Position numbers and translations under genes: made by a program | Part shown: positions 24,346 to 39,300 of the stretch, piece by piece | Layout: every line of letters begins with the position of its first letter | Numbering within the stretch: position 1 is the stretch's first letter | The notes under the pieces: model-generated | Told to the model about the DNA's origin: nothing | Databases searched by the model: none | Seen by the model: only the letters and a program-made list of their open reading frames with translations | Source of the DNA: Macrostomum lignano | Lineage: Eukaryota | DNA length: 64,000 nucleotides | Direction of reading: 5' to 3' | Assembly (NCBI GenBank): GCA_002269645.1 | Contig: NIVC01000286.1 | Span: forward strand, 314,563 to 378,562

Positions 24346-25127
24346 CGAGCAAGATAGACTTGACGGCTTAATCCACAACTTATTAAAAACAATTTTTATT
24401 GTTTTTATTGCCAGCTGAGCTGGAAACGGGAGGAGAAGAAAACTTATTGAAATTTTAGCAACGCCTCGGGTGGTGGGGGACTCCGAGGTGACTGATCCCT
24501 CAGTTTGTTGTCAGTTGCCAACGTGCAGATCAGAGGACCAGAGGGGGAACAGGGGCTGCTGCTGGCACTCAGGGGTGTTTAGCATGATACAGCAGTGTAG
24601 AGTTGCTCTCAGGGCGTGAGCGCCTGTCTGAAATGCGGTTCTCACGCGGCAACTAATTACATTTTGTTCTCTCTCTCTCTCTCTTTAAATGAGCTCATAG
24701 TTTTGTTGGGTCTCAAGCATTTTAATTCTTCAAAGTCAGCCCAGTCCTGTGTGGAGCTGCTGGGGGGGGGGGTTCTGGAGTCTCGCATTGCTGCAGCGTC
24801 GTAAACGAAGAAAATTAGCATATAGCTGTTATTGTGCTGTTTTATTGTCTATTGCAATCGATTATGCAGACCATTTAGCTCTGGTGAGAGAGAGCTGGGG
24901 GGATCTGCTAAGCTCTTTTTTATTGAGTTTGCGCTCCTCAAGCTCAACGACTGCATCCTACATGCCATTTTGTTTCCTGGCCATCATATTCGATGAATAT
25001 GATATTCCGCCGCGCCGAATGAGGTGTGAAAGAAACGAACCTATTTTATGTGTATGCTTCACAATTAGCTGCGCTTGGATCGGAGTTAGGTCGAATACGA
25101 GGGAGGGAAAGCCTGCAGCTGGGAAAT

Positions 25128-25640
25128 GGGGCGCCAGTGAGGTGGCGCCAGTAAGGGGGCGCCAGAAAAGGAGCGCCAGTAAAGGAGGCGCGAGTAAGAA
25201 AGGCGCCAGTAAGGGGGCGCCAGTAAGGGGGCGCCAGAAAAGGAGCGCCAGTAAAGGGAACGCGAGTAAAAAGGGCGCCAGTGAGGGAGCGCCAGTGAAG
25301 GAGCGCCAGTGAGGGAGCGCCAGTGAGGGAGCGCCAGTGAGGGAGCGCCAGTAAGGGAGCGCCAGTAAGGGAGCGCCAGTGAGGGAGCGCCAGTGAGGGA
25401 GCGCCAGTGAAGGAGCGCCAGTGAGGGAGCGCCAGTGAGGGAGCGCCAGTGAGGGAGCGCCAGTAAGGGAGCGCCAGTAAGGGAGCGCCAGTGAAGGAGC
25501 GCCAGTGAGGGAGCGCCAGTGAGGGGGCGCCAGTAAGGGAGCGCCAGTAAGGGAGCGCCGGTAAGGGAGCGCCAGTGAGGGAGCGCCAGTAAGGGAGCGC
25601 CAGTAAGGGAGCGCCAGTAAGGGGAGCGCCAGTAAGGGGA
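25128..25640. repeat. ~14-bp minisatellite (AGTGAGGGAGCGCC)
   Basis: Tandem array in Nkx6 intron 2. Confidence 0.9.
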
Positions 25641-26387
25641 GCATGGACGTTGGCAACTGGCAGGATTTATTAAACATCACATTGGCACCAGGAAAAAATC
25701 ATCACCAACCACATCTTTGCAGACTTCTCTGCAGCATTTCGTGCCTGCAAGCTATGATGAACATTGGTGGAAGCCCTGCTCCCGTTTATATCAAAGTTTA
25801 TACAAGCCAAAGCATCATGGATATTATATGGCGGAACCAGTGGCCCTCCAAAGTTTTGACAAATTTTGCAACAGGCGACAGAAGTCGACAGCCTCGGGCT
25901 CAAAAAGAAGAAGTCCGCTTATGTAAAGACCGTATAGAAACAGAGGGGAAAATATTCTGCGAAAGTTTAAGCGGCCGCTATTTTGTCACGGCTTCGTGCG
26001 GGGGGAACAAAGGTGCTACATCGAAATTCACTTCCCTGTCTTTTCCCGCCCGGCGCCCGAGGTTTTTAAAGTCATCTGCTTTCGGTGGAGAAGTTTTATT
26101 TTCCACTGCATCATTTCTGCTTCTGACAACTGCCGCCCTGCTGCCTGAAAGCGTGACGCCTCCCCAACCCTCCCTTGAATATGTAGATATTGTGTCACTT
26201 CCTGGGCGTAAGAAGTGGGGGCCACAGCTGTCTCTGGGGTTGTGCCATACGCGATATAATAGCTGTAGGGTTACCGCCCAGAGGACCGACAGCCACATCT
26301 GGACCGGCTGTAATTAATACTTTTTATTCTTGACTTTTTACACCGGGTAGTTGCGCAGGTCCGGGGTTCGAACCCTGCTTGGCACTG

Positions 26388-27444
<1,057 letters not shown>

Positions 27445-27694
27445 TTATATGCAGATTTTGAGGCAGATTTTTCAAATCATATGAAAGGGTTGCAGCAGAA
27501 ACGATAAAGATGGAGGCGCATTTTCTGTTGTAATTTCCTGTCCGTGTTTATGCAGAAATAGGCAGGCAATTTGATGAAACCTGTGCAACATGCAAATCTG
27601 TTTTACGAGCTCCGACCATTACTCAGCATCCTACAGGGAGATTCTCTTCATCAGTTGATCAATGGTTGAAAAATAGATTCTTCGTCAAAAAATA

Positions 27695-28355
27695 CCCCCT
27701 GACACTCTTCAAGCAGATCCTGTCAGATAAATACCCTCTGACACTCATCAAGCAGATCCTGTCAGATAAATACCCTCTGACACTCCTCAAGCAGATCCTG
27801 TCAGATAAATACCCTCTGACACTCATCAAGCAGATCCTGTCAGATAAATACCCTCTGACACTCCTCAAGCAGATCCTGTCAGATAAATACCCTCTGACAC
27901 TCATCAAGCAGATCCTGTCAGATAAATACCCTCTGACGCTCATCAAGCAGATCCTGTCAGATAAATACCCTCTGACACTCCTCAAGCAGATCCTGTCAGA
28001 TAAATACCCTCTGACACTCATCAAGCAGATCCTGTCAGATAAATACCCTCTGACACTCATCAAGCAGATCCTGTCAGATAAATACCCTCTGACACTCCTC
28101 AAGCAGATCCTGTCAGATAAATACCCTCTGACACTCATCAAGCAGATCCTGTCAGATAAATACCCTCTGACACTCATCAAGCAGATCCTGTCAGATAAAT
28201 ACCCTCTGACGCTCATCAAGCAGATCCTGTCAGATAAATACCCTCTGACACTCTTCAAGCAGATCCTGTCAGATAAATACCCTCTGACGCTCATCAAGCA
28301 GATCCTGTCAGATAAATACCCTCTGACACTCATCAAGCAGATCCTGTCAGATGAA
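27695..28355. repeat. 39-bp minisatellite (ACACTCATCAAGCAGATCCTGTCAGATAAATACCCTCTG), ~17 copies, Nkx6 intron 1
   Basis: Near-perfect tandem array. Confidence 0.93.
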
Positions 28356-28396
28356 TACCCCAGAGACCGAGAAACGCTACAATTCAAGGCACTCAC

Positions 28397-28724
28397 TGAG
28401 CGCAGACTTCCAAGCTGGAATTCCCATTCCAAGAAGCTGATGAGGCAGTGGCTGGGGCGGCTGCTGCTGCTGCAACAGATGAGACCACAGCTGCATCGGA
28501 TGCTGATGAGGCGGATGCAGCAGCACGCTCTGCTGCTCCTGCTGATGCTCTTTTGCAATAATCCACGGCGGCAGTGCTTGCAACAGGTGAGAATATTGCT
28601 GCAATTGCAACAATTGCTGCTCGTGTTGCTGCTGTTGCTGCTGCTGAAGTGGACTTATCATAGGGCCGTTGCAACTGGCAGACTTTTTGCCAAGAATATC
28701 CGAGATACTGAATGGGGTGGCCAT
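28397..28724 (-). CDS. Nkx6: NK6 homeobox protein, exon 1
   Basis: MATPFSISDILG (eh1/TN motif), polyQ; donor CTCA|gtgagt phase 1. Joined CDS = 975 nt, 324 aa. Confidence 0.85.
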
Positions 28725-28819
28725 TTTTTGTCTGATTCAAATTTGTTGCTTTTTGAGAGAACACGACAGTAGATTAGAAAGGAATATTTTCCACTTCTGC
28801 TGCCCGGTTTTGTCTTCAG

Positions 28820-28890
28820 TTGAGCTTGGGGGCCCTCCAGCCAATCAGGAAGCAGCGGGATCCAAGCTGGTTTTCTATTGGTCGAGAGAG
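28820..28890 (-). promoter_or_regulatory. Candidate proximal promoter of Nkx6 (CCAAT boxes)
   Basis: AGCCAATCAG at ~28839-28848 and ATTGG at ~28877, 100-160 bp upstream of the ATG; motif match only. Confidence 0.3.
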
Positions 28891-29279
28891 AAATTTGGGG
28901 CCAGGAAGTGGAGCGTGAGGGACCCCGTGATGCTGAGGATGCATTCATTATGATTGATTTGCAGAGCGATCCATTAGACAGTGGAGTGTATCGAATAAGC
29001 TGCTAATTGCGCAAGTTACAGATTTTCGGGTGATTCCCATTAAAGGTGACTCTCATTACGGGTGATTCTCCGAGGTGACTTTCGGGGGTGCTTCTCATTA
29101 GAGGTGATTCTAGATCTCAATCTTCACTTAAAATTATGGGTGATTCTCAGAGGTGACTCTAAGACTGATTCTCGTTAAACGTGATTTCCTGGATTGATGC
29201 TTATTATCTCATGGATGATTCTGATCGAATGTAAGTATTATCGGGGCAATTATCGATGATAACTTTGAATGTGCGAGTG

Positions 29280-29705
29280 CTTCTCAGGGTCAGAGTGTGC
29301 TTCTCAGGGTGTACTTCTCAGGGTGTACTTCTCAGGGTGTACTTCTCAGGGTGTGCTTCTCAGGTTGTGCTTCTCAGGGTCAGGGTGTGCTTCTTAGGGT
29401 GTGCTTCTTAGGGTGTGCTTCTCAGGTTGTGCTTCTCAGGGTCAGGGTGTGCTTCTTAGGGTGTGCTTCTTAGGGTGTGCTTTTCAGGGAGTGCTTCTCA
29501 GAGTGTACTTCTCAGAGTGTGCTTCTTAGGGTGTGCTTCTTAGGGTGTGCTTCTTAGGGTGTGCTTCTTAGGGTGTGCTTATCAGGGTTTGCTTCTCAGG
29601 CTGTGCTTCTCAGAGTGTGCTTCTTAGGGTGTGCTTCTCAGGGTGTGCTTCTTAGGGTGTGCTTCTTAGGGTGTGCTTCTTAGGGTGTGCTTCTCGGGGT
29701 ATGCT
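29280..29705. repeat. 15-bp minisatellite (CTTCTCAGGGTGTG-type)
   Basis: Tandem repetition. Confidence 0.85.
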
Positions 29706-30399
29706 TTTACGTTACGTGGCTACCATATCTATTCTACATCTATTCCAATATATCTACATGTATATACATATCTATTCTAGTCTGTCAATTTTTATCAGAA
29801 CTTCCTCTTGCATCACAGCTCACACATAGGGTTAGATTTTGTTCTAGTTAGAGGGGTTCGAATATCGAGTATCAATTGTCAAGGTGGTCAATTATGGATA
29901 AACTGAACCATATGGTTGCTATGCTGTTCACTATCTGGAATCATTTTTTATGTTTTCCAATTATATTTTGCATAGAACGATTCTGCAATTTGGTCAAGGG
30001 CCTGTTGTGCTATGCTGCATGACCGAAGTCTTTGCAAAGTTTTTTCTCCACAATCTGAAATTTGATATTTTATTACGAAAGCAGCAACAGCATAGCAACC
30101 AGACGCACACTGGGGTCATAAATCTGGTTTGCCCACCAAGTCGCAGGTTTGTTCACTGATTGAATTGCATTCATTTTAACTACAGTGACCTAATTTTCCA
30201 TCACTCTTGATTAAACAGTTGCTTAGTTAATCAAATTCAAGTTTGAAGGTCTGGGCAGGATCTTTTTTGTCATTTTTAATGTTTGGTTCGGCTTTTTCTT
30301 TTCTTAGTACGGGAAACTTAAAGAAATAACTTGTACTTGTACGGTTCCCTTGTACTTGTACGGTTCCCTCTGCACTCCTCTGTCCACCATCAAATGTCT

Positions 30400-32530
30400 A
30401 CCACATCTACTCTATCTACCATCAAGTGTCTACCATATCTACTCTGTCTACCATCAAGTGTCTACCACATCTACTCTGTCTACCATCAAGTGTCTACCAC
30501 ATCTACTCTGTCTACCATCAAGTGTCTACCACATCTACTCTATCTACCATCAAGTGTCTACCACATCTACTCTATCTACCATCAAGTGTCAACCACATCT
30601 ACTCTATCTACCATCAAGTGTCTACCATATCTACTCTATCTACCATCAAGTGTCTACCACATCTACTCTATCTACCATCAAGTGTCTACCATATCTACTC
30701 TATCTACCATCAAGTGTCTACCACATCTACTCTATCTACCATCAAGTGTCTACCACATCTACTCTATCTACCATCAAGTGTCTACCATATCTACTCTATC
30801 TACCATCAAGTGTCTACCATATCTACTCTATCTACCATCAAGTGTCTACCATATCTACTCTATCTACCATCAAGTGTCTACCACATCTACTCTATCTACC
30901 ATCAAGTGTCTACCACATCTACTCTATCTACCATCAAGTGTCTACCATATCTACTCTATCTACCATCAAGTGTCTACCACATCTACTCTATCTACCATCA
31001 AGTGTCTACCATATCTACTCTATCTACCATCAAGTGTCTACCATATCTACTCTATCTACCATCAAGTGTCTACACCATATCTACTCTGTCTACCATCAAG
31101 TGTCTACCATATCTACTCTGTCTACCATCAAGTGTCTACCATATCTACTCTGTCTACCATCAAGTGTCTACCATATCTACTCTGTCTACCATCAAGTGTC
31201 TACCATATCTACTCTGTCTACCATCAAGTGTCTACCATATCTACTCTATCTACCATCAAGTGTCTACCACATCTACTCTATCTACCATCAAGTGTCTACA
31301 CCATATCTACTCTGTCTACCATCAAGTGTCTACCATATCTACTCTGTCTACCATCAAGTGTCTACCATATCTACTCTGTCTACCATCAAGTGTCTACCAT
31401 ATCGACTCTATCTACCATCAAGTGTCTACCATATCTACTCTGTCTACCATCAAGTGTCTACCATATCTACTCTATCTACCATCAAGTGTCTACCACATCT
31501 ACTCTATCTACCATCAAGTGTCTACCATATCTACTCTGTCTACCATCAAGTGTCTACCATATCTACTCTATCTACCATCAAGTGTCTACCACATCTACTC
31601 TATCTACCATCAAGTGTCTACCATATCTACTCTGTCTACCATCAAGTGTCTACCATATCTACTCTATCTACCATCAAGTGTCTACACCATATCTACTCTA
31701 TCTACCATCAAGTGTCTACCATATCTACTCCATCTACCATCAAATGTCTACCATATCGACTCTATCTACAATCAAGTGTCTACACCATATCTACTCTATC
31801 TACCATCAAGTGTCTACCATATCTACTCTATCTACCATCAAGTGTCTATCATATCTCCTCTATCTACCATCAAGTGTCTATCATATCTCCTCTGTCTACC
31901 ATCAAGTGTCTACCATATCTACTCTATCTACCATCAAGTGTCTACACCATATCTACTCTATCTACCATCAAGTGTCTACCATATCTACTCCATCTACCAT
32001 CAAATGTCTACCATATCGACTCTATCTACAATCAAGTGTCTACACCATATCTACTCTATCTACCATCAAGTGTCTACCATATCTACTCTATCTACCATCA
32101 AGTGTCTATCATATCTCCTCTATCTACCATCAAGTGTCTATCATATCTCCTCTGTCTACCATCAACTGTCTATCATATCTCCTCTATCTACCATCAAGTG
32201 TCTATCATATCTCCTCTATCTACCATCAAGTGTCTACCATATCTACTCTATCTACCATCAAGTGTCTGCCATATCTACTCTGTCTACCATCAAGTGTCTA
32301 CCATATCTACTCTATCGACCATCAAGTGTCTGCCATATCTACTCTGTCTACCATCAAGTGTCTACCATATCTACTTCATCTACCATCAAGTGTCTACCAT
32401 ATATACTCTGTCTACCATCAAGTGTCTGCCATATCTACTCTGTCTACCATCAAGTGTCTACCATATCTACTCTGTCTACCATCAAGTGTCTACCATATAT
32501 ACTCTGTCTACCATCAAGTGTCTACCATAT
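30400..32530. repeat. 32-bp minisatellite (CTACCATCAAGTGTCTACCATATCTACTCTAT), ~2.1 kb
   Basis: Tandem array; produces the three ~750-aa artefact ORFs. Confidence 0.95.
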
Positions 32531-33339
32531 CTACTTTATCTCCATCCTCTGCCTACCTCTCCAGCCTTACCAATTCCCTTTAATGCAAATAATTTTCATT
32601 TTAAACAATCTGCTTCATGAAATTAAACTCACAATGCAGAAAATCAACTGCGTGTAAACTAGAATAATTTTAATTATTAATCTTTCCTGTAAACTGTCGG
32701 ATCAAGAGTCACTCATTGTTTACACTAAAACATTAAATGAACCCACCGTTATGACGTCCATAGTTTCAAGCTAATAGGGGTCTGTTGCACACATCCTTCG
32801 GTCGTTTGTTTCTTACAATTCCATGAGAATGCAGATTTCAATGCATTTCTGTATGATGCCAATTTAAATTCAGAAAAATAATATTGCAGACATCGCAATT
32901 TCATTAGCAGAATTCAGTTACACGTGCTGCCAAGTATTGCCGCTAAGCTGTTTATTGAGGTGTAAGTGCTATAGAGATAACAACCTTCAAAACTTTTATT
33001 CCAGAAAAGTGTCTAACAAACACACCTGCATAAACATATTTACCTTATAGAATTGCTAATCTAACACACTAATCGAAACGGAACACAATTTTCTTGCAAA
33101 GTCTTATTTTATATACGGAACTTCAGTTCCTGTGAATCCGTTGCAAGTGTGTGTGCAGAGAATTTTATGCCATCATTATCTTTATGTCAGTTTGCTAGTC
33201 ATAAACTCATTCTGTAACTGGGTAGCATTTGCGAAACACTCAAGGCTTATTTAACTTGTTTTACTTTTATTTCGTCAAGTCTCTGCACTAGTCTATTTTC
33301 ATACATCCAAATCTTCATTTCTCCAACCCTTCATTCCTG

Positions 33340-34000
33340 CAAATCTGCATTTATCCAACCTTTCATTCTTCCAAACCTTCATTCTTCCAACCCTTCATTC
33401 TTCCAACCCTTCATTATTCCAACCTTTCATTTTTCCAACCCTTCATTCTTCCAAACCTTCATTCTTCCAACCCTTCATTCTTCCAACCCTTCATTCTTCC
33501 AACCCTTCATTATTCTAACCCTTCATTCTTCCAACCCTTCATTCTTCTAACCCTTCATTCTTCTAACCCTTCATTCTTCCAACTCTTCATTCTTCTAACC
33601 CTTCATTCTTCCAACCTTTCATTCTTCCAACCCTTCATTCTTCCAAACCTTCATTCTTCCAACCCTTCATTCTTCTAACCCTTCATTCTTCCAACCCTTC
33701 ATTCTTCTAACCCTTCATTCTTCCAACCCTTCATTCTTCTAACCCTTCATTCTTCTAACCCTTCATTCTTCCAACCCTTCATTCTTCTAACCCTCATTAG
33801 AAGATTCATTCATTCATTCATTCATTAGAGTCATTCATTCTTCCAACCCTTCATTCTTCTAACCCTTCATTCTTCTAACCCTTCATTCTTCCAACCCTTC
33901 ATTCTTCTAACCCTTCATTCTTCCAACCCTTCATTCTTCTAACCCTTCATTCTTCTAACCCTTCATTCTTCCAACCCTTCATTCTTCCAACCCTTCCTCC
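33340..34000. repeat. 16-bp minisatellite (CCAACCCTTCATTCTT)
   Basis: Tandem repetition. Confidence 0.9.
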
Positions 34001-34719
34001 CTTCAACAAACCTTTCATTACTCCCATCAACCCTTCATTTCTCGAACCCTGCATCCCTGCAAACTCAGCAAGCCCTAATATTTTGTAGTGTAGAGACAGA
34101 CGGGCTCACACAGGGTGTACAGCGGCCCCGACTTTCTAAAAGTCAGGCATTGTACATCAAGCCTTGGGGGTTTTCCAATGCCAAACATCAAGGATGGACA
34201 AGAACTGCGGGTCTGCGATATCGCAGGGGCTAAAGTCGAGCTTAATTGCATTAATATCTTCATAATGGAGGTCAGGGCCTCCGAGGCGAAATGAAACCGG
34301 ATAAGAGAAATGATGGAGTTGATTGCCCAGAATCCCCCGCCATCCCGGCTGCCCAGCTTCTCCTTACGAGCAATAGCAGCGTCATCCAATCTTGAGAGCT
34401 CAAGCCCTGTGTTTTTCTGAGTCGGTTTTGATAGAGTTTTTTATCGCTGAGTGGCCTCTTCCATATCCCGCCTGACCCTCGGCCGCTGCCGCCCTGAGTG
34501 TCAGAAGCTTTGAGACTAATTTAATGCAAAGACTATGAGGCGCGACGGGTCAAGCCGCCTGCACCAAAATATAAGAATCCAATCAGTGCTAAGCATTAAC
34601 TGCAAGCTATCCTTGGAGTGGGCCAAGCCTATAATTAAGACGAATTGGGAAGTTCGGCTTGGAACTGATGGGGATGAGAAACCAATGATAGCCAGTTTTC
34701 AACAGTAGCGAAAGCAGGC

Positions 34720-35130
34720 AAGCAGCGACAAACAACAAACAACAAACGACAAACGAAAAACAAAAAGAACAAAGAACATATGTCAAACAGCAGAAAACAA
34801 ACAACAAAACACAAACAACAAACGACAAACAACAAAGAACAAAGAACATATAGCAAACAACAGACAACAAGCAACAAACAACAGACAACAAACAACAATA
34901 AACAAACAACAAACAACAAAAACAGACAACAAACGACAAACAACAGACAACAAACAACAAACAACAAACGACAAAGACTAAAGAACAAGGAGCATATAGC
35001 AAACAACAGACAACAATAGACAAACAACAAACAACAAGTAACAAACAACAATAAACAATAAACAAACAACAAACAACAAGTAACAAACAACAATAAACAA
35101 TAAACAAACAACAGAAAACAGACAAAAACA
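34720..35130. repeat. AAC/AAAC-rich degenerate microsatellite
   Basis: Direct observation. Confidence 0.85.
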
Positions 35131-35417
35131 ATAAAGACTATTTTTTAAAGTCTGACTCAATTGAATAATATGATTTGTCATTTCGGGTAATAGATGTCAT
35201 AGTCTCTGCTAGTGCCTGTGAGCTGCAGTGACACTCATAAATTAGGGCCAGGCCAATGTCAATGTCTAATCGGTGGCTTATTAATGACCCGAGCTGAAAT
35301 CGAATTCATAGCGCCTCGAAACTGGCCAATAAAATGTCGATTTTCCCACGGGTCATTCGTTTGAGTTGTCGCTCGGATGAGCAATTTTAATAATTATAAC
35401 TAATTCTGTTATGCTAG

Positions 35418-35735
<318 letters not shown>

Positions 35736-36394
35736 AGTAAATTTAGTTTTGAGATATGCAAATGCTTTCAGTCTACAGAATTACGCCAAGCTTCACAGGA
35801 GAAAGCAAATTACAAATAAAATATAATTCTGCTGGCTCTATGAGCTTATAACTATTGAAACTGTCGGCCTCTCAAAAAGGAAAATAAAGCGAGCTTAAGC
35901 GAAACTTATTGAGCAAATAAAAGCGGCCACGCCAACGCGCCTGCAGTCGCGGAGCGGCTCAGCGGAGTAAAAAAGAAGGCACTAACTTAGCGGCCGTCTG
36001 CCAGGCTTGGTCGTAAAAGACTGGCAATAAACACTTTCACAAATTATGACAAAAAGCCAAACCGCAGCAATGGCTGGGACACAGAGAAAAAAGATATTGC
36101 CCCGGGGTGTTAAAAGAAATTAACCAACCGCTTCATAGGCTGATAAACTTATAAGTGTTTAATACTCTCTTCCTCACGCACAGTTTTGCTGCTTTGGCTT
36201 TCTTTAACTTGGCCCGCCAAATATGATTATTGAGGATTTGAAGGAACTGCAGGCCAAGCCGACTTCACTTCCTCGATCTCTCATATCGCTCCCTCTCGTG
36301 GCCTCCGCCCGCATCCAACTACGGTATTGTAGTTGCATTGAATGTGTGACAGTCATGGACTTCTAGTTATAGATAGTCTAGCGTCAATTGGATT

Positions 36395-37150
36395 GGAAAC
36401 TAATAACTGCGCCTCAGATGGCGCCTCTAACATGGCGCTCCCAGATAATGCCACTCCAAAGATATGTAGCGCCCCCCAGGATGGCGCCCCCCCCCCCAGG
36501 GGGGCCGTAGCCCAGCGGTAGCGCAGCTGCTCTGGTGTGCCGCGACCCAGGCTCGATTCCAAGTGCAGCCATATTAAATTGGGGCTGGATTGGAATCTTG
36601 GCTTGGTTCGCTTGTGCAATTAACGGCCTTGAGAGCCAACCCCCCAAGGCGCAGTGAAGTGTACATGCCTAACAATTGATAAAGTTAGGGCCGCTGTACA
36701 CCCCTGTGTGAGTGTGTGCCTGCGTAACGTATCCGCGCGCTTGTATGCCTGCTCAGGGGAGTCGGCGGAATGGGCAGTAATGCCTCTCGCCGGTTGTGTG
36801 CCAATGACGCTTAAATTGCGCCAGGGTGCACACAACCCCCCTGCCTCTAAAAAAAAAGGATGGCGCCCCCAGGATGGCGCCCCCCAGGATGATGCCCCTA
36901 GGATGGCGCCCTTATAAGATGATACCCCCAGGATGGCGCCCCCATAATGGCGCTCCCCATGATGGCGTCCCCCAGGATGGCGCCCCCAGGATGGCGCCCT
37001 TATAAGATGATACCCCCAGGATGGCGCCCCATAATGGCGCTCCCCATGATGGCGTCCCCCAGGATGGCGCCCCCAGGATGGCGCCCTTATAAGATGGTGC
37101 CTCCATGATGGCCTCCCCCAGGATGGCGCCCCCAAGATGGCGCCCCCAGA
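36395..37150. repeat. GATGGCGCCCC-core tandem array interrupted by a SINE
   Basis: CAGGATGGCGCCCC units on both sides of 36502-36770. Confidence 0.75.
36502..36770 (+). mobile_element. tRNA-derived SINE (second family)
   Basis: A-box TAGCCCAGCGG, B-box GGCTCGATTCC; inverted copy at ~40555-40845 and a split copy at ~47220-47279 / 48297-48410. Confidence 0.7.
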
Positions 37151-37589
37151 ATAAGTTGTAAATTTTTTATCAAGTCCGTTTTTACACAAAAACAAGAGGC
37201 AGTTTCTACCTAAATTAGGCAACTATTCAACGCATGCTTCCGACTTTCTAATCTAATCCGTGTATTAGCTGCACAAGCTTAGCAGCTACGACTCTTTTAA
37301 AATCCCTGCTGATTGAATCCTCCATCCTTTAAAGCCAAAATACTTCTGCAATTAGGACTGCACAACAGCTGCCAAAATGGCACAGTAAAAGCGCAATAGG
37401 CGTGAGCGAGAGTCCCATTAAAACACAGTTGCTAAGCAGCAAAACAAATTCGATAAACGTTCTCTGTGGTCTGGCGCTGAACACTCTACTTATAGTAGCT
37501 TTGCAGAAGTAGCTCGTAGTCAAGAAAAAAAAATTAAGCATGTTAAAATTTATCGAATTTCTTTCTAAAAATTACTGTCTACATGTTTG

Positions 37590-37831
<242 letters not shown>

Positions 37832-38079
37832 CTTCTGTCTGAAACTGTGTCTGCAATTAAATTTCCCGAGGACAACATGATTGGTGCACAGAACAGCTGC
37901 AGCAGTGCTCAGTGCTCAGAATAAATGGCAGAGACTGAGAGTAGCATGTAAGACATTCAATTTTTGTCCAGCCAAACATCGCAAAGCTCCTGATTCAGAG
38001 AATAAAGCAAAGAAATGCTGACCAACATCAAATTCTCAGGTAGGCAGCCGTGTCAGTGTTTTTTTGTGCGATTTCCAGC

Positions 38080-38860
38080 CCGAGCTCTGCTCGCTGTCCT
38101 CTTGGCTGCCTGACTGCCCGGCCCGCCGGTTGCGGCTGTCGCCCTTCGTGACGCCGTCTGGAGACGCAGAGCTGCCTGAGCGACTCGCTGGCGCTGTGGG
38201 CGAGGCCTTCGGGCTCCGGCCTCGACTGCGTTCTCGGAAGGCTCGAACGGCCTGCTGGTGGCCCAGTTCAACTCGGACACCGCCCAGTGCTCGCTCTTCC
38301 AATACACCGCAGTGTGCGACCTCATCGATAGACTCGCTGCCGCAGAGAGCTCGCTGTCGTCCAAGATGTGGCTGGAGAACGTGGAGTTCGCGAATCTGCA
38401 GCAGGGACTCACGTGGCTGGTCAGGCTCAAGCGGGAGGCTAAAGCGTCAATGCTACTTGAGACGCACCTGTGTGGCACTAATAATGTGCTTGCGTGTTTT
38501 TGGATTGGACAGCCGGCTGCTTTTGGTCTGTACTTTTATAGAGCTGCTTTGAATCTTTCGGATTTCAGCACTTGTCCAACAACTGTGTCATTTAACTCGA
38601 CTGAGTTCGTTGAAGTGGGCGTCACATCGGCGGCCATCGACAGCCGAGTGTTCTTCTCGAAGTCGGCGTTCGTGCCGCCAGGGCAGGTGTCTAATGGGTA
38701 TTTTACACTCGACCATCGATTCCTGACGCGTTCTGCATCCGGGTGAGCTATCGAAATGGCAACTCGCGAATGCTTGAAGGCACCGTGCAGTCCTTGGCCA
38801 TCATGAGAGACACGATGACTGCCGCTGAGATCAACAGCTTCTTTGGTCTGGCGCGCTAAG
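38080..38860 (+). pseudogene. Frameshifted coding-like segment, possibly a secreted protein with PAN-like and LamG/ConA-like parts
   Basis: Strong GC3 bias in 38258-38746 (AQFNSDTAQCSLF; LTWLVRLK); a different frame ends RMLEGTVQSLAIMRDTMTAAEINSFF*, like a LamG C-terminus. Domain calls are by eye and weak. Confidence 0.35.
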
Positions 38861-38914
38861 AGGACTTCTGAGTTCTTTTGTAATCTTACATTGGTTATGT
38901 TATTTGACTTTGTC

Positions 38915-39300
38915 AGCTCTGTTTGTAACACTGTCAGCTCTGTTTGTAAAACTGTCGGCTCTGTTTGTGACACTGTCAGCTCTGTTTGTAATATTGTCAG
39001 CTTTGTTTGTAATACTGTCAGCTCTGTTTGTAACACTGTCAGCTCTGTTTGTAATATTGTCAGCTTTGTTTGTAATACTGTCAGCTCTGTTTGTAATATT
39101 GTCAGCTCTGTTTGTAACACTGTCAGCTCTGTTTGTAATATTGTCAGCTTTGTTTGTAATACTGTCAGCTCTGTTTGTAATATTGTCAGCTTTGTTTGTA
39201 ACACTGTCAGCTCTGTTTGTAATATTGTCAGCTTTGTTTGTAACACTGTCAGCTCTGTTTGTAATATTGTCAGCTCTGTTTGTAATACTGTCAGCTCTGT
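38915..39300. repeat. 21-bp minisatellite (TGTCAGCTCTGTTTGTAACAC)
   Basis: Tandem repetition. Confidence 0.92.

Noticed and set aside
27659-28772. 368-aa plus ORF and 299-aa minus ORF
   Set aside because: Made of the intronic 39-bp array plus antisense or alternative frames of Nkx6 exon 1.
30331-32657. Three ~750-aa ORFs
   Set aside because: All three frames translate the same 32-bp tandem unit; no unique sequence or splice context.
36502-36575. Functional tRNA gene
   Set aside because: A/B boxes are present but the stems are imperfect and a shared non-tRNA body follows in several copies, so it is a SINE head.
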